Assembly: GCA_934474225.1 (NCBI GenBank) | Contig: CAKSLU010000007.1 | Span: 5,755-69,754 of the forward strand | Length of the DNA stretch: 64,000 nucleotides | Direction of reading: 5' to 3' | Source of the DNA: an uncultured Eubacteriales bacterium | GTDB taxonomy: Bacteria; Bacillota; Clostridia; Oscillospirales; CAG-272 | Shown: piece after piece, positions 59,476-64,000 of the stretch | How the letters are laid out: every line of letters starts with the position of its first letter | Numbering within the stretch: position 1 is the stretch's first letter | Position numbers and translations under genes: made by a program | The notes under the pieces: model-generated | Seen by the model: the letters and a program-made list of their open reading frames with translations, nothing else | Told to the model about the DNA's origin: nothing | Databases searched by the model: none

Positions 59476-60465
59476 TTATCGTTCTTCGCGGAAATAGGAA
59501 AGCCCGAGGTGTGCCGGGGGCTGACTCTCGCGCTTCTCGCGCATGCTGGTGATAACCAGCACGACGATGGTGACGACATAGGGGAGCATCTTAAACAGCT
59601 CCTGGTCGCTCATGCCGAGATTCTGAATGTAGTTGTGCACGATATAAAGCCCGCCGAACAGGAAGGAGCCGAGGATGCCGAAGTCCGGCTTCCACACGGC
59701 GAAAATAACCAGCGCAATCGCCAGCCAGCCGCGGTCGCCGAACGCATCGTTCGACCACACGCCGCAGGCGTAGTCCATGACATAGTAAAGCCCGCCAAGC
59801 CCGGCAATCATGCTGCCGATGCAGGTGGCGACATACTTATACCGCTCAACATTGATGCCTGCCGCATCCGCCGTGGCGGGATTCTCGCCGACGGCGCGCA
59901 GATGCAGCCCGGTGCGCGTGCGGCGCAGCACATAGGCGGCGATAAGCGCGATAATAACGGCGACATAGGCCAGAAAGCTGTGCGACAGGAAGATGGTGCC
60001 AAACCAGCCGAGCTTGTCCGCAAACGGCAGCTCCGTGCGGAAGCAGTTGCTGGTGGCGGTGAGGCTGATGGAGGACGCGCCGCTGCCCGTGAGTTTGGCG
60101 AGCGAGCCGCCGAAGAAGTTGCCCACACCGACGCCGAAGGTGGTCAGCGCAAGGCCGGTGACGTTCTGATTGGCGCGGAGCGTGACCGTGAGGAAGCAGT
60201 AGATCAGCCCCATCACAAGCGAGCCGAGGAGCGAGCAGCCGAGCGGAATGAGCACCGCGAGCGCGGGGTTCAGCGCCTCGGGCGCGGGGAGCGAATTTTC
60301 ATACAAAAACGAGCCGATGACGCCCGAGATGCCGCCGACATACATGATGCCGGGGATGCCGAGGTTGAGGTGACCGGATTTTTCGGTGAGGATCTCGCCG
60401 GTGGAGCCGAACAGCAGCGGAATGCCCTGCATGATGGCGCGGCGGATAAATTCTGCAAAAATCAT
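59476..60465 (-). CDS. ABC transporter permease (BMP/nucleoside-type, YufQ/NupQ-like)
   Basis: 329-aa polytopic membrane protein. 4-nt overlap with the upstream permease gene. Confidence 0.85.
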   Translation of the reverse strand: MIFAEFIRRAIMQGIPLLFGSTGEILTEKSGHLNLGIPGIMYVGGISGVIGSFLYENSLPAPEALNPALAVLIPLGCSLLGSLVMGLIYCFLTVTLRANQNVTGLALTTFGVGVGNFFGGSLAKLTGSGASSISLTATSNCFRTELPFADKLGWFGTIFLSHSFLAYVAVIIALIAAYVLRRTRTGLHLRAVGENPATADAAGINVERYKYVATCIGSMIAGLGGLYYVMDYACGVWSNDAFGDRGWLAIALVIFAVWKPDFGILGSFLFGGLYIVHNYIQNLGMSDQELFKMLPYVVTIVVLVITSMREKRESQPPAHLGLSYFREER

Positions 60466-61570
60466 TTCGTCGCCTCCTTGTGTCCGCGGAACTTCAGCGT
60501 ATAGTTGATGAAGAACTCACTGCCGATGATGAAGAAAATGATGATGCCCGTGAGAATCTCCGAGAACGAGTTGTTGAGATTGAGCTTGGTGGTGATCTCG
60601 GACGCACCCTTTTGCAGGAACACGATGAGGAACGAGGTGAGAATCATCATCAGCGGATTGAACTTGGCAAGCCAGGAGACCATAATAGCGGTGAAGCCGC
60701 GGCCGGCCACCGTGTTGCGCGTGATGGTGTGGTCGGTGCCCGAGACGAGCAGCATACCCGCGATGCCGCAGACCGCGCCCGAGAGGAGCATGGTGCGGAT
60801 GATGACCTTCGGCACGTTGATGCCGATGTAGCGCGCGGTGTTCTCGCTCTCGCCGACGACGGTCAGCTCATAGCCGTGCTTGCTGTACTTGAGGTAGATG
60901 AACATGAAGACGGTGAGCGCCAGCACGATGAGGATGTTTAAGAGGTACTTCTGCCCGCCGACCTGCGGCAGCCAGCCCGCCATCGTCTTGCTGTTGATGA
61001 CGCCGATCTGCCCAGAGCCCTTCGGCACGGACCAGACGTAGCAGAAGTAGGCCACGATCTGCGTGGCGATGTAGTTCATCATCAGGGTGAACAGCGTCTC
61101 GTTCGTCCCCCACTTCGCCTTGAAGAAGGCGGGGATGACCGCCCAGATCGCGCCCGCGGCGATGCTGCTGACCACGATGACCAAAAGCAGCAGCGCGGTG
61201 GGCAGCTTGTCGCCGAGCAGGATCATGCAGGCCGCCGACGCAAGACCGCCGACCAGCGCCTGCCCCTCGGCGCCCGTGTTCCAGAAGCGCATACGGAAGG
61301 CCGGCGTGACTGCCAGCGACAGGCAGAGCAGGATCGCGATGTTCTGGCAAAGCCCCCAGATGCGGCGGGTCGTGCCGAACGCGCCGTCCCACATCGTCTT
61401 GTAGATTTCGATCGGGTTCTGCTTCGTGAGCAGGTAGGAAAGCACGCCGCAGAAGAGCAGCGCAAGGAGGACGGCGACCGCGCGGATCAGCCAGGCGCGC
61501 CACCAGGGCAGCGCGCCGCGCTTCACGATGTGAAACAGCGGTTCACGCGGTGCTTTTTCATGCGTGTTTG

Positions 61571-61574
<4 letters not shown>
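60462..61574 (-). CDS. ABC transporter permease (BMP/nucleoside-type, YufP/NupP-like)
   Basis: 370-aa polytopic membrane protein. 4-nt overlap with the ATPase gene. Confidence 0.85.
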
Positions 61575-63136
<1,562 letters not shown>

Positions 63137-63448
63137 ATTTGTTTCCTCCGTGGCTGGACTTGAAAAAGCACAGGGGGTTGCAAAAAACAGCGTTTTTTAC
63201 AACCCCTATTCAGCTTCTCGGGGCTCGGGAAAAAAGATGCAGAATCGTCGAAAGGCACTTCGTCGCCGTACTTTGTACGGCAGGAGTGGCTTTCGGCGAG
63301 AGAAAAAGGGGAATTGAACCTGTTTTTGAGGGAATCCCAAAGGGATTCCGACCGCAGAGGGTCGATGCTCCGCGGTCGAAGTCACCTTTGCGTTCCCCTT
63401 TTTCGGTCTGCGCTTTTTTCACAGCCCTATATTTGTGCTTTTTGGAAC

Positions 63449-64000
63449 TTAATATGCAGCGTTCAGCTTCGTGATGCCGTCGATGTCCACATCGAAGTAA
63501 GGAGCGGAGCGCTTTTCGGACTCGTGGAAGTAGCCGTCTGCAACAACCTCGGTGTCCTTCTCGTAGTTGGCGTCGGTGTCAACGTCTGCAAGGTAGGAGG
63601 TGATCGTCTCGCCGCCGACCGTGAAGACAGCGGTGTCAAAGACATGCAGCTCGCCGCTCTCCAGCTTTGCCACAGCAGCGTCGATCGCAGCCTGCGTGCC
63701 TTCCGCAGCAGCCTTCGCGTTGATCTCGGAGAGCTCAACCGAGCCGGTTGCCAGCGTGCCGGTCCAGTCAGCAGCGATTGCTTCGCCGGACTTTGCGCAG
63801 TTTACGATGTACTCAAAGTAAGGAGCCCAGTTGATACGGGAGGATACGATGAAGGTGTTCGGGCAAGCGGCAACCGTGCTGCCGTTGTAGGAAACATTCG
63901 GAACACCGGCGGTCTCGCATGCGGTAGGAGCGCCCATGGAGTCAGCGTGCTGGCTGATGAGCTTGCAGCCGCGGCTGATCAGCGTGGTTGCAGCTTCCTT
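63449..64000 (-). CDS. BMP family (PnrA/Med-like) ABC substrate-binding protein, C-terminal part; continues beyond the window
   Basis: The frame stays open to position 64000 (..LISQHADSMGAPTACE..). It sits in an operon with BMP-type permeases and an ATPase. Confidence 0.8.
   Translation of the reverse strand, partial: KEAATTLISRGCKLISQHADSMGAPTACETAGVPNVSYNGSTVAACPNTFIVSSRINWAPYFEYIVNCAKSGEAIAADWTGTLATGSVELSEINAKAAAEGTQAAIDAAVAKLESGELHVFDTAVFTVGGETITSYLADVDTDANYEKDTEVVADGYFHESEKRSAPYFDVDIDGITKLNAAY

Noticed and set aside
63210-63422. 70-aa ORF (GTG start) inside the SBP-ATPase spacer of the BMP ABC operon.
   Set aside because: It has no RBS and a low-complexity sequence, and it overlaps the predicted RNA stems. 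It is treated as non-coding.

Overview
High-GC Firmicutes/Clostridia-type chromosome (gene content and SLH-anchored glycosidases suggest an Oscillospiraceae/Ruminococcaceae-like anaerobe; this is inference only). The window is mostly housekeeping. It carries thiI-proA-proB, zapA-U32, maf-mreBCD-mrdA-nth, asnS plus an aminotransferase, ackA, tmcAL, a lipid-gene cluster with pyk, a WalRK-like two-component operon, murA, uvrB-uvrA, nrdR, one tRNA-Pro, and a BMP-family ABC transporter. There is one glycan-utilisation locus, made up of a giant SLH-anchored GH43 protein, an orphan solute-binding protein (SBP), an AraC regulator, a GH2 beta-galactosidase and a 683-aa unknown protein. The most unusual feature is non-coding. 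Almost every intergenic gap longer than about 150 bp is filled by a modular repeat system, roughly 4 kb by my manual tally. It has three parts: (i) a ~110-140 nt five-hairpin element (R1) in three concerted subtypes with compensatory stem changes; (ii) REP/BIME-like palindromic units that all carry a GTAGGG head, arranged head-to-head with a near-constant 26-27 nt linker or as REPIN-like hairpins; (iii) a ~60 nt three-way-junction module inserted into some R1 copies. These parts recur as one composite unit that is almost always co-oriented regardless of gene strand, and they show nesting, truncation and very recent duplication. No transposase, RAYT or integrase gene lies in the window. Smaller observations are a low-GC RHH+XRE islet with a consensus promoter and a duplicated operator, an NrdR box in front of nrdR, and a candidate sRNA locus. 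The long antisense ORFs and the ORFs crossing repeats in the six-frame track are rejected as artefacts.
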